A DNA stretch of 64,000 nt, taken from assembly GCF_009914755.1 (NCBI RefSeq), contig NC_060936.1; one strand, given 5' to 3'. The notes beneath the pieces were generated by a model. It was not told the DNA's origin. It saw only the letters and a program-made list of their open reading frames with translations, and did not search any database. The position numbers and the translations under genes are program-made. This stretch comes from the human T2T-CHM13v2.0 reference genome, Homo sapiens. Each line of letters starts with the position of its first letter. The stretch's first letter is position 1. Below are positions 60,809 through 64,000 of the stretch, one piece after another.

Positions 60809-63360
60809 GCTGGTGAGGAGGGAAAGGTTTGAAAAAGGTAAAGGTAAGAAACTATGCCCCCATGCACCGGCTCCTGCGGCTTGTAAGGGTGGGATTTAGG
60901 AGCCAGAGAGGTCAGGTTGTTCACCTGAAAGGTGAGGCCACCTGGAGGGAGAATGGAAGCCCCAAGGTGAGGAATTCACAGTCTGCTTCTCTCTGATGAA
61001 AACACAGAGCTATACTAACCATATTAGAAAGGGGTTAAGAAATTAGTATGTAAACTCTCCAAAACCTGGTCAAGCACATTAGCTTTATTAAACCTCTCTA
61101 TTTGGAAAAAAAATCATGTGAAAATTTTTATTACAACTAGCAAAAGCTACACAAATAGTTTAAAATCATACGATTTATGGGATCATTGAGACTTCTGGTC
61201 ACTCAGTCATTAATCTAGCAAAGGCCAAGTGATTAACATAAGAATAAGCAGTCAGTAAAGTTTGAGTGTTGGGCAAGTTTAATCATAACCTCCATGTCTT
61301 CCTCAGGATTGGACTTTGGATGGAGTGAAGGGGAAGGAAAATAAATGTTCGGACTTATTCAGTCTCAATTAGATCACCACTCACTTCCTTCAGTCTCTGG
61401 GTAGAACAGAGCAAGTAGCAGAAGTATTACAGGAGAAGAAGGGGAGAGAGGAGAGAGAAGGGGAGAGGGGAGGGGATGGCACAGGAGCTGGGAAGGAGAG
61501 TATCAGAAAGAGGCACCTCTGTGTCACCCAGCCTGGGAATGCCAACTGAGGAGCTCTACTTTACTTAATATGCATCAATGCAGGACCAAACCTTTGTTGC
61601 TTTAAGAATCCTTTCAATTTATCCTTTAACGAAATCATAACACATACTTGATAAATGAGAAGCTACATGACAATCACTCAACCTCTTTCCAAGGAGAGGT
61701 AAATATGAGCTTTGTTTACCTTTTTGTTTCTATTCATTTTTAAGACAGCCAAGAAGAATATGAGCATACTATCATTCTACATAATTTAAACCATGAGTGG
61801 TACTAATTAATTTCTGTAGCAAGGTACCATGTGAAATTTGCTGTACCTGCTGTTGCAAAGTCAACACAAATATAAGTATTTTACTTTAAAAAACTCCCAA
61901 GAACTAGTACCCAAGTATTCCACACACTGAAATACCATGCCTCAAGAAATTATCAACAGATTTCTTCAGCTTATCAAAGCACTTGGCAATGATGCTCTGA
62001 GCAGACCCACTAACAATGATCACTAATTGAGGGGCATAATAAGGGGATCTGCTTTAGAAATCTCTATTGGTTTCGGACTTTTCCAGTGTTTCACTGAGAT
62101 TTGGGGTATTAGGATAGCAGAGGGGTGGCATATTTAAGTGATGTCATAATCATGGAATCAGAGGAAAAACTCAAGGATTTCGGGAAATCATACCTGCTTA
62201 AAATACAGATATTTTACATAATTTCCAAAGTGCTTTATCATTTAATCCTCAACAGAAACACCATGAGATAAGTAAGGCAGGTATTATTATCCTCATTTTA
62301 CAAATGACGAGATGGGCTCAGACAGCCTGGGCTTTGAACTGTGTTTTCGTTTGTTTTACTCTAAGGTTAATGTTCCTCCAAAGTAAAACAGACCTTCTTC
62401 TATTACTACCTCAGAGGCAACTGATGTTTACCTTTTTTAGAATAAAGAACTTGAGACATCTCACTTCCCAAATAAAGTAAGAGCTTCATCTCCCATGTCC
62501 CTCTCCCCACTCTACAAAAGTGACAAAAAGTCACTATTAACAAGTTGCTTCTCCAATAGATGAGCATTATTTAGACTCATCAATGAGAAGATGCTTTCTG
62601 GAAGTTGTAAGTTTATTTTCTTTTGTATCTATAAGAGCTCTGAGACATTAACTGCCTACAATGTTATTGTTAACAAACGTTGTTAACAAAGTCAATGTTA
62701 CCTGCAAGTAGGCCTACATGCTCACAAAGAAACTTGAACCTATTTTGGGAATTGCTAAATTTCTCAAGCTGTGCATTTACAGTCGGCTGATCACATGTTT
62801 TTTCCTGAGCTGAAGACAGTAGCTTTAAAAAAGCCATCTTTCTCTTTTTTTCCCCCTTTGGAACTATTGAAGTCTCAGTCAATAATGTCCTCTCATACCC
62901 GTAAACTGTAGCTTATGTTCAATATATCCAAAGGACCAACACTGAATGTTAAGGCTCTGAACTGTCTGTCAGAGTAGGCCCAAGATTACATGGGCACCGC
63001 CACTGAACATTTTCAGGTCAGAAAATCTCCCAAACCCAACTCTTTGGCTTCGACAAACTGTATAATTAACTTGCATCTCAGATCAGCTCCTACCTTAAAA
63101 TGTAAGTTGAGAAATGCCCATTTCAGAAGCAGCATGAGGAAATGAAGGTGTTAATAAGCCATTTGAGTTTACCCGTTCATTAAAGCACATCTTATCTTGA
63201 TCTTAGTTTGTGTATTTTAAATTAATAATTTATGCTCTGCCAGTTTCACAAAGGACATGAGGCACATTGCTCACTGGCAAACTGTTCTCAAGAAAGAGTG
63301 GGCCAGGTGCCATATTCAGAGGCCTAGAACGGATTTCGTGCACATAAATATACAAGTCAG

Positions 63361-63826
<466 letters not shown>

Positions 63827-64000
63827 TAATTACAAGAAGCCATTCCAGAGACACTCTTGACTATAACAGATACCGTCTCATAATGGACTGATGTATCCCT
63901 AGCTCATCTCAAGTCTGCTGGGACAATCACAACTCTGTGCCCATCATTTGCAGTACATAGTGGCCAGTCCTTTCTGATAATGTGCATCTATTTACCTCAA

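Noticed and set aside
62667-62689. TTGTTAACAA-ACG-TTGTTAACAA double palindrome
   Set aside because: Short and AT-rich; likely a local duplication.

Overview
Human genomic DNA, recognised as the MDM2-CPM junction on chr12q15. The + strand (1 to ~10.26 kb) is the long 3'UTR of MDM2; no MDM2 coding sequence lies in the window. The - strand carries carboxypeptidase M (CPM): seven coding exons (exons 3-9 in the usual numbering, 45461 down to the stop at 16016, all GT-AG with consistent phases) plus a ~5.2 kb 3'UTR ending near 10755. The two genes therefore converge ~0.5 kb apart. The rest is intronic and repeat-rich: about 45 Alus, L1/L2/MIR fragments, MER5, MLT1, an LTR8-like solo LTR and an LTR inserted into an Alu. 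The most notable region is 1450-3580 of the MDM2 3'UTR. It holds (i) an apparently full-length, decayed, sense-oriented retrocopy of the ribosome-biogenesis factor RSL24D1. Immediately after it is (ii) a non-Alu ~105-nt inverted repeat whose right arm is expanded into three ~70-nt tandem units. Each unit carries a miR-155 7mer-m8 site, the stem buries an AATAAA, and the single left arm can pair in three alternative registers. This is a candidate ADAR/miRNA/polyadenylation RNA switch. Repeat boundaries and subfamily names were assigned by eye and are approximate. Gene identities rest on recalled sequences, not database searches.
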